Source: Acidobacteriota bacterium
Lineage (GTDB): Bacteria; Acidobacteriota; UBA6911; RPQK01; JAJDTT01
Length of the DNA stretch: 64,000 nt
Assembly (NCBI GenBank): GCA_965263035.1
Contig: OZ253580.1
Span: 2,016,001 to 2,080,000, forward strand
Direction of reading: 5' to 3'
The first letter of the stretch is position 1. Each line of letters begins with the position of its first letter. The position numbers and the translations under genes are program-made. The notes beneath the pieces are model-generated. The model saw only the letters and a list, made by a program, of their open reading frames with translations. It was not told the DNA's origin and made no database searches. Positions 19,479 to 28,236 of this stretch are shown here, piece by piece.

Positions 19479-21848
19479 ATGTTTATTCCTCTGCTTCCTA
19501 TTCCTCGCCTATTGGTTGTCGCCGGAATGGCTGCCTTCGGATTGCTTGCGCTCGCGTTCGCTCAGGTCATGGAGGGTCGTCTGACGGTCCGAATCTCGGA
19601 CCCCGGCGGAGGGGCGGTCGCGGCAAGTGTTCGGCTCGTCGGACGGAGCCCGGAATTCGTCGCTGCAGCGACGGCCGATGAAACGGGCCACGCGGTCATC
19701 AAGCGCTTGCCGCCGAGCCTGTATCAGTTGATCGTACGGCATGCCGGCTTCGAAGAATTCTCCATTCAAGTGGAGATCCGCTCCGCCGTCCCCCAGTCCG
19801 TGCAAGTCGTCCTGCAAGTCGGGACGCTCCATGAGGAAGTGACGGTCGAGAACTCGGCGCCTCTCCTCGACCCCTCGCAACCCTCGAACCCCATGCAGGT
19901 GGGCCGGCTGAAACTGAATCGCACACCGGGGACGACTTTGGGCCGGAGCACCATCGACGTCGTGACCACCCTGCCCGGCTGGCTGCTGGAAGCCAACGCC
20001 GTCCTCCATCCGCGCGGTTCGGAATACGACACCCAATACGTCATCGACGGGATGCCACTCTACGACAACCGTTCCATTGCGTTCGCTCCGGGATTCGAAA
20101 ACGACGAGTTCGAAGCGGTGAACGTTCTCACGGCCGGGATCCCGGCCGAATACGGGCGTCGTTTGGGTGGAGTCATCGCGCTCGACACACGCCGGGCCGA
20201 TGGGCGCGGACACCACACGGCTCTGGATCTTCAGGGAGGCGGGCACGGAACCTATTTCGGTTCCATGTCTCATCAGTACGCGGCGGATCGCACCACCGTT
20301 TCGGTCGGTCTGCAAGTCGGACGGACGGACCGTTACCTGGACCCGCCGTCCCTCGAGAACTTCACCAACAAAGCCAGTTCGGGCGGTTTCAATGCCCGTC
20401 TGGCACACGACATCTCCCCTCGCGACCAGTTGACGGTCTATCTCCGATACCACCGGTCCGGGTTTCTCGTGCCCAACGACCTGGAGCAACAGGCGGCGGG
20501 ACAACGGCAGGATCGGCAAATGGGTGAACTCGCGGGACAGGTCCACTACCAGAAGACCATTTCCGGGCGATCCGTGGGCTCTGTCCGGGGAATGGTCCGC
20601 GAGCTTTCCGGCAGGCTCTGGAGCAACCCGCTGGCGACTCCGGTCCATGTCCAACAAGACCGCGGTTTCCGCGAAGCCGCGCTCGTCGGCGACCTCACCG
20701 TCGACCATGGCTGGTACACGGTGAAGTTCGGCGGCGATGTCCGGGTCAACGACATTCGTGAGATGTTTCAACTAGCGCGTCCGGGGAAGCTGACCCATCC
20801 CGTCCTGAGCTTCCACGACCAGCGGCGTAGCACGGAGCTCGGGCTGTTCGTTCAGAATCAGGTTCGCCTCGGAAACTTCGTTACCAACCTCGGAGTCCGA
20901 TTAGACGGTTACAGACTGCTGGTAGACGATACGGCCGTCAGCCCCAGGGTCGCCCTCAGTTACTACGTCCCGAAAGCCGAAATCCAGCTGTTCGCCTCCT
21001 ACGATCGCATCTTCCAACCTCCTCCCATGGAGAATCTGTTGTTGTCGAGCGGGGCGCCGGCACTGGGAATCGACGTCGTGGAGGGCAACCTCGCGGTGCC
21101 CTCGAGCCGAGCCAACTTCTTCGAGGTCGGGCTTCGAAAATCCGTGGGCGACGCTCTGCGCCTGGACCTGAAACACTTCTGGCGTGCCTTCCAAAACTTC
21201 ATCGATGACGACGTTTTTCTGAACACGGGCATCTCGTTCCCCATCACCTTCGACACCGCCCGCATCGAGGGGACCGAAATCCGGCTCGAGCTGCCGCGCT
21301 GGAGACGAGTCTCCTCGTTCGTCAGCTACTCCAACATGCTGGGCCGCGCGACTTCGCCCGTGACGGGAGGATTGTTCATCGAGGGCGGAGAGGCGGAAGA
21401 GTTGCGAAACGTCGTCGTGCGGTTTCCCATCAGTCAGGATCAGCGCAACACGGTCGCGGCCCGGCTTCTATACGAACTCCACCGGCGAGTCTGGATCGGA
21501 TTAGGGGCGCGCTACGGCAGTGGTTTGCCGGTCGAGTTGGCCGATGATGACGACGATTCCGATGAGGACGCCGCCGTGCCGGAACACGACTCTGATGAAG
21601 ACAGCTCCATCCCGCCCGAGATTCTGGGCCGGGTGAATTTTCGGCGCGCCAGAATCCGGCCCAATTTCAGCCTGGACTTCTCCGTCGGCGCCCGGCTCTG
21701 GGAGGTCGACTCACAATCGGTCTCGGTTCAGTTCGACCTGCGCAACGCCACCGACCAGCTCAACGTGATCAACTTCAACGGGCTCTTCTCGGGCACCGCC
21801 CTGGCTCCTGGCCGGCAGGCCATCCTGCGACTGAAGATGCGATTCTGA
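19479..21848 (+). CDS. TonB-dependent receptor (shorter acidobacterial type), TBDR3
   Basis: CarboxypepD_reg N-domain; LHPRGSE, YVIDG, IPAEYGRRLGGVI; C-terminal LRLKMRF. Confidence 0.85.
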   Translation: MFIPLLPIPRLLVVAGMAAFGLLALAFAQVMEGRLTVRISDPGGGAVAASVRLVGRSPEFVAAATADETGHAVIKRLPPSLYQLIVRHAGFEEFSIQVEIRSAVPQSVQVVLQVGTLHEEVTVENSAPLLDPSQPSNPMQVGRLKLNRTPGTTLGRSTIDVVTTLPGWLLEANAVLHPRGSEYDTQYVIDGMPLYDNRSIAFAPGFENDEFEAVNVLTAGIPAEYGRRLGGVIALDTRRADGRGHHTALDLQGGGHGTYFGSMSHQYAADRTTVSVGLQVGRTDRYLDPPSLENFTNKASSGGFNARLAHDISPRDQLTVYLRYHRSGFLVPNDLEQQAAGQRQDRQMGELAGQVHYQKTISGRSVGSVRGMVRELSGRLWSNPLATPVHVQQDRGFREAALVGDLTVDHGWYTVKFGGDVRVNDIREMFQLARPGKLTHPVLSFHDQRRSTELGLFVQNQVRLGNFVTNLGVRLDGYRLLVDDTAVSPRVALSYYVPKAEIQLFASYDRIFQPPPMENLLLSSGAPALGIDVVEGNLAVPSSRANFFEVGLRKSVGDALRLDLKHFWRAFQNFIDDDVFLNTGISFPITFDTARIEGTEIRLELPRWRRVSSFVSYSNMLGRATSPVTGGLFIEGGEAEELRNVVVRFPISQDQRNTVAARLLYELHRRVWIGLGARYGSGLPVELADDDDDSDEDAAVPEHDSDEDSSIPPEILGRVNFRRARIRPNFSLDFSVGARLWEVDSQSVSVQFDLRNATDQLNVINFNGLFSGTALAPGRQAILRLKMRF

Positions 21849-22004
21849 GGGTGCCCTCTTTCGTCTCTTTGGGAACTCTCCCACCGGCCGCTGGCCGGCG
21901 CAATCCTGGCAGAAAAGGGGATATCTGGAAGCGGCGCCGTTTCAGTCTCCGGTTCCGGGTCGGTGTTGAAGAGGGGGACAAGAATGTCCCTGTACCCTTC
22001 ACGA

Positions 22005-22190
22005 GTACCCTTTAAGGGACTTCACCCACGGTGGGTGAAGAGGGCCACCTGGCCGGGAGCGACCCTAATGTCCCTGTGCCCTCGGAGCACCTGGAGGGGA
22101 TTCGTGCCCCGGCCGGTAGCCGCGATGGAGACCCGGTGGGAAGTTGGCGCCTCTGAGCACCAGTACAGGAACCGATCCGAATCGCGGCGG
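22005..22190 (+). ncRNA. IS110 bridge RNA (5' hairpin, target-binding loop, donor-binding loop); ends approximate
   Basis: Hairpin CTTCACCCAC/GTGGGTGAAG; stem GGCCGGG/CCCGGCC enclosing AATGTCCC and GGAGGGGA; stem GCCGCGAT/ATCGCGGC enclosing GGGAAGT and GTACAGG; these guides match the target and the circle junction. Confidence 0.8.
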
Positions 22191-22223
22191 CCCGACGTCC
22201 ATTTAAACACTGGGAGGGTCGGG

Positions 22224-23471
22224 ATGAAACAGAGTCAATGGTTTGTGGGAGTCGATTGGGCGTCCCAGGCGCACCAGGTCTGCGTGCTGGACACGCAAGG
22301 CACCTGTCGGGGACAGCGGAGCTTCCCGCACAGCGGTTCGGGCCTGGCCCAGATGGCCGACTGGATTCTGCAGCAGACGGGAACGAGTGCACAGGCCGTC
22401 TCGGTGGCGATTGAAGTGAACCACGGTCCGGTGGTGGATTTCCTGATGGAGCGGCGTTTTGCCGTCTATGCCATCAATCCGACGCAGCTGGATCGATTCC
22501 GCGACCGCTTCTCGCCGGCCGGAGCCAAGGATGACCGCCGCGATGCCCGGGTGCTGGCCGACGCGCTGAGAACCGACGGCCATCGCTTGCGCCGTCTCAA
22601 ACCCGTCGCTTCTGAGGTGATCCAGCTGCGCGAGTCCTCACGACTGGGTGACCAGTTGACCCGCGAGCGGACCCGGCTTCTCAACCGCCTCCGCGATCAA
22701 CTCTGGCGCTACTATCCGCAGTTCCTGGACCTCAGCGAGAATCTCGCCGAGCCCTGGGTGCTGCAAGTGTGGAAGCTGGCCCCGACGCCGGACGACGCCC
22801 AGAAGCTGCGCCCGAGCCGGGTCGCCAAGGTGTTGAAAGACCATCGGATCCGGCGAATCGACGCCCGCGAAGTCCTGCGTCGCTTGCGGGTTCCGGCCTT
22901 CCCCGTCGCCGCCGGCACCACCGAGGCGGCGGTGGCTCACGTCGCCAGCCTCGCGGAGCGCCTCGCCCTGGTGCAGAGCCAGCTCAAGGACACCGGTCGT
23001 CAGGTCGAGCGTCTGATCCGGGCTTGGGACCAGCGGTGCGAGTCGGCGCCGGGGTCCCCAGGACCGAGGCGGGATGCGGCGATCCTCGCCTCCCTGCCCG
23101 GGGTCGGCCGAATCGTCCTCGCCACTCTGCTCTCGGAAGCCTCCGATCCGTTGCGCCGCAGAGATTACGCCGCCTTGCGTTGTCTGTGCGGGGTCGCCCC
23201 CGTGACCCGGCGCTCCGGCAAACACACCCTTGTCGTCCGCCGCCAAGCCGTTCATCCTCGGCTGCGCGAGGCGACCTACCACTGGGCCCGCGTGGCCGTG
23301 CAACACGACCCGATCAGCCGGGCCAAGTACGATGCCCTGCGCGAGCGGGGTCACGGCCATGCCCGGGCCCTGCGATCCGTTGCGGACCGTCTGCTGGCGG
23401 TGGCCTGCGCCATGTTGCGAGACCAGACCCTGTTCGATCCGAATCATGCGAGACAGCGCCGTGCCGCTTGA
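22224..23471 (+). CDS. IS110 family transposase/recombinase (DEDD RuvC-like + Tnp domain)
   Basis: FVGVDWA, VAIE, AKDDRRDA, LASLPGVG, CGVAPVTRRSG; RBS GGGAGG before ATG 22224. Confidence 0.95.
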   Translation: MKQSQWFVGVDWASQAHQVCVLDTQGTCRGQRSFPHSGSGLAQMADWILQQTGTSAQAVSVAIEVNHGPVVDFLMERRFAVYAINPTQLDRFRDRFSPAGAKDDRRDARVLADALRTDGHRLRRLKPVASEVIQLRESSRLGDQLTRERTRLLNRLRDQLWRYYPQFLDLSENLAEPWVLQVWKLAPTPDDAQKLRPSRVAKVLKDHRIRRIDAREVLRRLRVPAFPVAAGTTEAAVAHVASLAERLALVQSQLKDTGRQVERLIRAWDQRCESAPGSPGPRRDAAILASLPGVGRIVLATLLSEASDPLRRRDYAALRCLCGVAPVTRRSGKHTLVVRRQAVHPRLREATYHWARVAVQHDPISRAKYDALRERGHGHARALRSVADRLLAVACAMLRDQTLFDPNHARQRRAA

Positions 23472-23617
23472 TCCCGATCCGGGCCGAGGTCCACTCCAGG
23501 CTTCGCCCGTGTGCGGCCGCTGCAGGAGCTCGAGGGTGAGGCCCACGGGGCGTCCATCCGGTACCAAATGGGCTCCGTGCCGAGAAGGGTCCAGGAGGTC
23601 TATGGCCAGCGAAAAGG

Positions 23618-23684
23618 CGACCCCCAGCGGGAGGCCCGGCGAAGGGAGCGTAGCGACCAGAGCGGGGCCTCCCGCTGGGGGTCG
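23618..23684. repeat. Perfect 20-bp inverted repeat in the IS110 right end
   Basis: CGACCCCCAGCGGGAGGCCC ... GGGCCTCCCGCTGGGGGTCG with a 27-nt loop. Confidence 0.85.
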
Positions 23685-23775
23685 ATTCCCCCTTGACAAA
23701 GGGTGGGAAGTCCCCTCCCACTTCGATCCCCACGTTGGTCGACAGAACACCTCCCAAATTTAGAAAAATGGATAT

Positions 23776-25062
23776 ATGGAGCGGACAGAGGCCGCAGGAA
23801 GGGTCCGTCCACGGGAGAAGATTCTGCTCACCGGGTCCACCGGATACATCGGCGGCCGCTTGCTTCGCCGGCTCGAAGCCGACTCCTTTCCGGTTCGGTG
23901 CCTGGTCCGGCGTCCGGAAGTGCTCGGACCGCAGGTCGCGGCCACGACCGAGGTGGCCGGAGGAGACCTGCTCAAACCGGAAACGCTGCCGACGGCCATG
24001 CGGGGGATCACCACCGCCTACTATTTGGTTCATTCCATGGCCTCCATCATCATCGGCTCGGGGAGCCTGTCCTTCGAGATGATCCGGTCTCTGGTGGAGA
24101 AGCTGCCCGTCATGCTGACGCCCCGCTGGGTCCACACCATGGCGCAGCCGATCGCCGTGGAAGACGTCATCGAATACCTGCTCGCCGCGCTCGAGGCCCC
24201 TCTCGAAGGAAGCCGGGTCAATGAGATCGGGGGATCCGAACGGGCCTCCTATGCCGATATCATGGCGGAGTACGCCCGCCAGCGAGGCCTGCGTCGAAAG
24301 ATGATTTCCGTTCCCGTTCTCTTGCCCCGCCTGTCCCGCCTGTGGCTGGGTCTGATCACGCCCATCTACGCCCGGGCCGGCCGCCAACTGGTGGAGAGTC
24401 TCCGCAACGAAACCGTAGTCGACAGCGCCGCGGCCTCGGAGATCTTCAGTATCCGGCCTCGCGGTCTGGCCCCGGCGATCCGCCGCGCACTGGTGAACGA
24501 AGATCGCGAGTTCGCGGAGACGCGTTGGTCCGATGCCGTCTCCTCCCTGGGTTCCACGTCCTTGCGATCCGGGGTCCGCTATGGGACCCGCATCGTCGAT
24601 TCGCGGGTTCGTTTCGTTCCGGTCCCGGCCCCACAGGCGTTCTTGCCAATCCGGCGAATCGGCGGGGGATCGGGATGGTACGGATCGAACTGGCTCTGGA
24701 GAGTTCGGGGCGCGCTGGATCTGCTGGCCGGTGGCCCCGGCATGCGGCGTGGACGAAAGGATGCCGAACATCCCGCGATTGGAGAGACCATTGATTTCTG
24801 GAGGGTCGAGGCGTACGAAGAGAACCGGCTGCTCCGCCTCAAGGCGGAGATGCGGCTCCCCGGCCGCGCCTGGCTCCAATTCGAGGTCGAACCTCACGGC
24901 TCGGGATCGTGGGTCCGGCAGACCGCCGAGTTCGGCCCCTTGGGATTCCTGGGTCTGGCCTACTGGTACAGCCTGTACCCAGTGCACCACATCATCTTTG
25001 CACGGTTGCTCCGGGGAATCGCCTTCCTGGCAGTCCGGGAAACATGGGAGCCGAGGGGATGA
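23776..25062 (+). CDS. YbjT-like atypical SDR + DUF2867 protein with an apparent internal in-frame deletion
   Basis: ILLTGSTGYIG; AYYLVHSM joined directly to ASIIIGSGSLSFE; DFWRVE, LRLKAEMRLPGRAWL, GLAYWY. Confidence 0.75.
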   Translation: MERTEAAGRVRPREKILLTGSTGYIGGRLLRRLEADSFPVRCLVRRPEVLGPQVAATTEVAGGDLLKPETLPTAMRGITTAYYLVHSMASIIIGSGSLSFEMIRSLVEKLPVMLTPRWVHTMAQPIAVEDVIEYLLAALEAPLEGSRVNEIGGSERASYADIMAEYARQRGLRRKMISVPVLLPRLSRLWLGLITPIYARAGRQLVESLRNETVVDSAAASEIFSIRPRGLAPAIRRALVNEDREFAETRWSDAVSSLGSTSLRSGVRYGTRIVDSRVRFVPVPAPQAFLPIRRIGGGSGWYGSNWLWRVRGALDLLAGGPGMRRGRKDAEHPAIGETIDFWRVEAYEENRLLRLKAEMRLPGRAWLQFEVEPHGSGSWVRQTAEFGPLGFLGLAYWYSLYPVHHIIFARLLRGIAFLAVRETWEPRG

Positions 25063-25168
25063 GAGGACCGGAGGTCACGTATCGCTGGACGTATCTTCCG
25101 ATCTGACCCACCTCAAGGCGTGCTCCAACGTCGGCCCATGCTAGAATCCCGGCGAAAGGGGGCAGCGC

Positions 25169-27058
25169 ATGTTGAACTGGTGGCGTGAGTTCCTGCCGGA
25201 AGTGTCCAATCCCCAAGAACCACGAGAACCGCCGGGTCCTCCTCGACCCATCCGGTTCATCCGGAAACAGATCAGGATCCTGGGCTGGCTCCTGCCGGGA
25301 GCCTGTTTCTGGTTCATGGCCTGTGCGGGAGAGCCGGAACCACCGGACGCGGAAAGCGTGCCCACGGTGACGACGGGACTGGGCAACGCCTTGGGCACCC
25401 GGGCCTTGACCGTCAACGGCTCCATTCATCCTCACGGAGAACCCACCACCTACTACTTCGAGTACGGCACGACGAAGAACTACGGGTTCCGGACGGCCGA
25501 ACGGCCCCTTCCGCCGCGGCTGGCCGCCTATTACCACGAGAGCTGGGACGAGGGGATGGGGGGATGGGACTCCTGGCTGAACCAGACCCTTTTCGCCTCC
25601 GGCGGGCCCTCGGGAGGATACGTGAGGCTGGCCGAGCCCAGCCGGAACGACCACAACCACGACGACGGGATCGGCACCCTGCACCTGACCAAGTACTTGT
25701 GGTGCGGCCGCTGCCTCTCCCCGGACAGGGATCCGGGCCCCTGTCTCGCCGCCGGAGACCCCGACCTGAGGGACGCCAAGGTCTCCGTAAGGGTCAGGGG
25801 AAATGATTGGAAACCCAACGGTTCGGAGTTGCTCTGGTGGAGCCAGGCGTACGTCCACGTCCAGATGGTGGACGATCCCGGCTGGAGGGCGTCCAACTGG
25901 GCCTATACCGGGTTTCTGCTGACCGATTTCCTCATGGACGGGGAATGGCACAAGGTGGATTACCGGCTCTGGAACGACACCTCGTACTGGAGCTTCGGGG
26001 GAAACAATCCCACCCGGCAAGGAGGGGTCGCCCGCCGCTACGACTACGGCTCCATCGACACCATTCAAGGACATCTCAACGACGACTTCTTTCACCTGAC
26101 GGCTTTCATCGACGTCGACAACCCGCCCTCGGGATCCATCGACTTCGACGAGTTCCAACTCGTGTACCGCAACGAGTCGCTGGTCTTCCCCGACAACGGA
26201 GGCCGTCTGGTGACTTGGCCCCAGGACTCGGCGGACGATCCGGCAATGCTGACCGACGGCTGGCGCCACGGCTCCGGCCGCATGTGGAAGAGTTCTCCCG
26301 ATCCGGAGGCGCCCCACGAGTTCGTGTATGCCTTCGATAGGCCTGTGACCATCGACGCGATCCAGGTTCACCAGAACCCGGAATGGCCGGGCAAGGAGGT
26401 GGAAGTCCTGGTCTCGGAAGATGGGGAGACCTACACCTCAATCCTCAAGCAGACCCTGCCCCGGGAGGGAGAACCCAACGCCAACTTCGCCTTCACCCTG
26501 GACCGGGGCCTCGCGGCCCCGGCCGGCCATCTGAAGGTCCGCCTCCTCTCGGGATACGACAACCGTCACTGGGGCTTGGGCGAAATCGAGGTCTTCGGCG
26601 CCGGCGCTCTCATGCGGACCGACGACGATCTCTACAACGTCAACTTGGACATCGAGCATCTCACGCCGGGGACCACGTATCACTACCGGCTGGTGGCCAA
26701 CAACGGAGTGGGCACAACCTATGGCGCAGACCAAACCTACACCTTGCCCGCCGACCATCGCCCCCTGGTGAAGACCGGGGCGGCGAGCCGCATCCAGGCA
26801 GGAGCCGCCAAGGTGGAAGGAAGGCTGAACCCCATGGGAGTGCGGACTCGGTTCTTTTTCCAGTATGGGACCGATACCGGCTACGGGCGCGAGTCTTCCG
26901 CCGGCTATGCCGGGTTGCAGGTGACGCCCAGGCTGGTCTTTTCCAACCTGACGGATCTGGCCCCCGGGACCACCTACCACTATCGCCTGGTGGGAGAAAA
27001 CGAGCGGGGCGTCAGCTACGGGGAGGACGCCACCTTCACCACTGTGCCGGCCAGATGA
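25169..27058 (+). CDS. Probable lipoprotein with FN3 and discoidin-like domains
   Basis: Lipobox-like FMAC; two L(T/A)PGTTYHYRLV FN3 motifs; VEVLVSEDGETY...GLGEIEVFG (F5/8 type C-like). Confidence 0.65.
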   Translation: MLNWWREFLPEVSNPQEPREPPGPPRPIRFIRKQIRILGWLLPGACFWFMACAGEPEPPDAESVPTVTTGLGNALGTRALTVNGSIHPHGEPTTYYFEYGTTKNYGFRTAERPLPPRLAAYYHESWDEGMGGWDSWLNQTLFASGGPSGGYVRLAEPSRNDHNHDDGIGTLHLTKYLWCGRCLSPDRDPGPCLAAGDPDLRDAKVSVRVRGNDWKPNGSELLWWSQAYVHVQMVDDPGWRASNWAYTGFLLTDFLMDGEWHKVDYRLWNDTSYWSFGGNNPTRQGGVARRYDYGSIDTIQGHLNDDFFHLTAFIDVDNPPSGSIDFDEFQLVYRNESLVFPDNGGRLVTWPQDSADDPAMLTDGWRHGSGRMWKSSPDPEAPHEFVYAFDRPVTIDAIQVHQNPEWPGKEVEVLVSEDGETYTSILKQTLPREGEPNANFAFTLDRGLAAPAGHLKVRLLSGYDNRHWGLGEIEVFGAGALMRTDDDLYNVNLDIEHLTPGTTYHYRLVANNGVGTTYGADQTYTLPADHRPLVKTGAASRIQAGAAKVEGRLNPMGVRTRFFFQYGTDTGYGRESSAGYAGLQVTPRLVFSNLTDLAPGTTYHYRLVGENERGVSYGEDATFTTVPAR

Positions 27059-27090
27059 CGTGCCGTGAGAGTCGAGCGAGGAGGACCGCC

Positions 27091-28221
27091 ATGAACGGAT
27101 CCCACGATTCCACTCGGAGAGGTTTCTTGGGCCAAGTCGGGCTGGCGGCCACGCTGTCAGCCTGCTCACAGCCGACCCCGGAAAACGATGAGACAACGTC
27201 GATCCGGCCTCGAATCCGCATCGGAACCCGCGTCAACGCCAACTGGATGCAGAGCGAGGACGACGCCGACCTTCGGTTCCTGAAACAGATCGGCGTCGAC
27301 TACGTGGACATCGTCCTGAGCATGGTCGAGGGCTACAACGAGACCGGCAGCTTTACCCGGGACGCCTTCCGGAGTCTCAACGATCGGCTCCAACGGGTCG
27401 GCCTTCGCATCGAACGGGCCAACTCGCTGGGACCCCACTACCTGGACGCCCACCTGGGCCGGCCCGGCGGGCAGAAACAGATCGACAATCTGAAGCGGAT
27501 CGGAGAGATCCTGGCCGAGCACGAGATCCCGGTGTACGGCATCCAGGCCTGCCAGGCGGCCCTGCATTTGGAGTACTCGCGGACCGCCTGGACTCGTCCG
27601 CGCGGCCGGGGAGGCTACGAGTACTATTCCTTCGAGCTGGAGAAATCCAAGGCGGCGCCCCCTCCCAAGTACCGCGTCAGCTCGCAACAACTCTGGGACG
27701 GCCTGTTGAACATCTATCGCCAGGTCATCCCCGTCGTCGACGGGAGCCGCACCCGGGTCGCCATGCACGGAAACGATCCCCCGCTGTACGAATATCTGGG
27801 GAATCCGCAGATTCTGTGCCGGTACGAGGACTTCGACCGGCTCTTCTCGGAAGTCCCCAGCCCCAACAACGGGATCACCTTCTGCGTCGGCACCCGTTAC
27901 GAATCCGGAGAGGACGTGTTCGAGGGCATCCGGCATTTCGGAGGCCGGGGCAAGCTGTTTCACGTCCACTTCCGGAACGTTCGCGGGACCCTTCCAGCGA
28001 ACGGGGGGTATGCGGAGGTCGCCGTGGACGAGGGCGACATGGAGATGGAGAAGGTCCTGCGCACCCTGGCGGAGGTGAATTACGACGGCGTCATCGACTA
28101 CGACCACGCCATGGGAATCACCGGAGACAAGCCTCTGCCGAAGCAGTACATCGCCTTCGCGGTCGGCTACATGAGGGGCCTGCTCCATAGCATTCCGGGA
28201 CAACGGCGAACTCCCTCCTGA
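27091..28221 (+). CDS. Mannonate dehydratase (UxuA)-like protein with a Tat-lipoprotein signal
   Basis: TRRGFLG...LSAC; LKQIGVD, AMHGNDPP, PSPNNGITFCVG, HVHFRNV, DEGDMEM, DH, AFAVGYMRGL. Confidence 0.8.
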   Translation: MNGSHDSTRRGFLGQVGLAATLSACSQPTPENDETTSIRPRIRIGTRVNANWMQSEDDADLRFLKQIGVDYVDIVLSMVEGYNETGSFTRDAFRSLNDRLQRVGLRIERANSLGPHYLDAHLGRPGGQKQIDNLKRIGEILAEHEIPVYGIQACQAALHLEYSRTAWTRPRGRGGYEYYSFELEKSKAAPPPKYRVSSQQLWDGLLNIYRQVIPVVDGSRTRVAMHGNDPPLYEYLGNPQILCRYEDFDRLFSEVPSPNNGITFCVGTRYESGEDVFEGIRHFGGRGKLFHVHFRNVRGTLPANGGYAEVAVDEGDMEMEKVLRTLAEVNYDGVIDYDHAMGITGDKPLPKQYIAFAVGYMRGLLHSIPGQRRTPS

Positions 28222-28236
28222 CCCGGAGGCTGTCCC

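Larger units (their letters stand above)
21991..23714 (+). mobile_element. IS110-family insertion sequence inserted in a REP-like hairpin
   Basis: Shared core GTCCC at 21986-21990 and 23710-23714; removing the element restores GGGGACA-AGAA-TGTCCCC-TCCC; TTGACA at 23693 near the right end. Confidence 0.85.

Noticed and set aside
22008-22034. Alternative IS110 left end at CT 22010-22011 with IS1111-like subterminal inverted repeats (GGGACTTC/GAAGTCCC)
   Set aside because: It does not restore the flanking hairpin and does not match the donor or target guides, whereas the 21991 end satisfies all four; the 8-bp IR may still be functional
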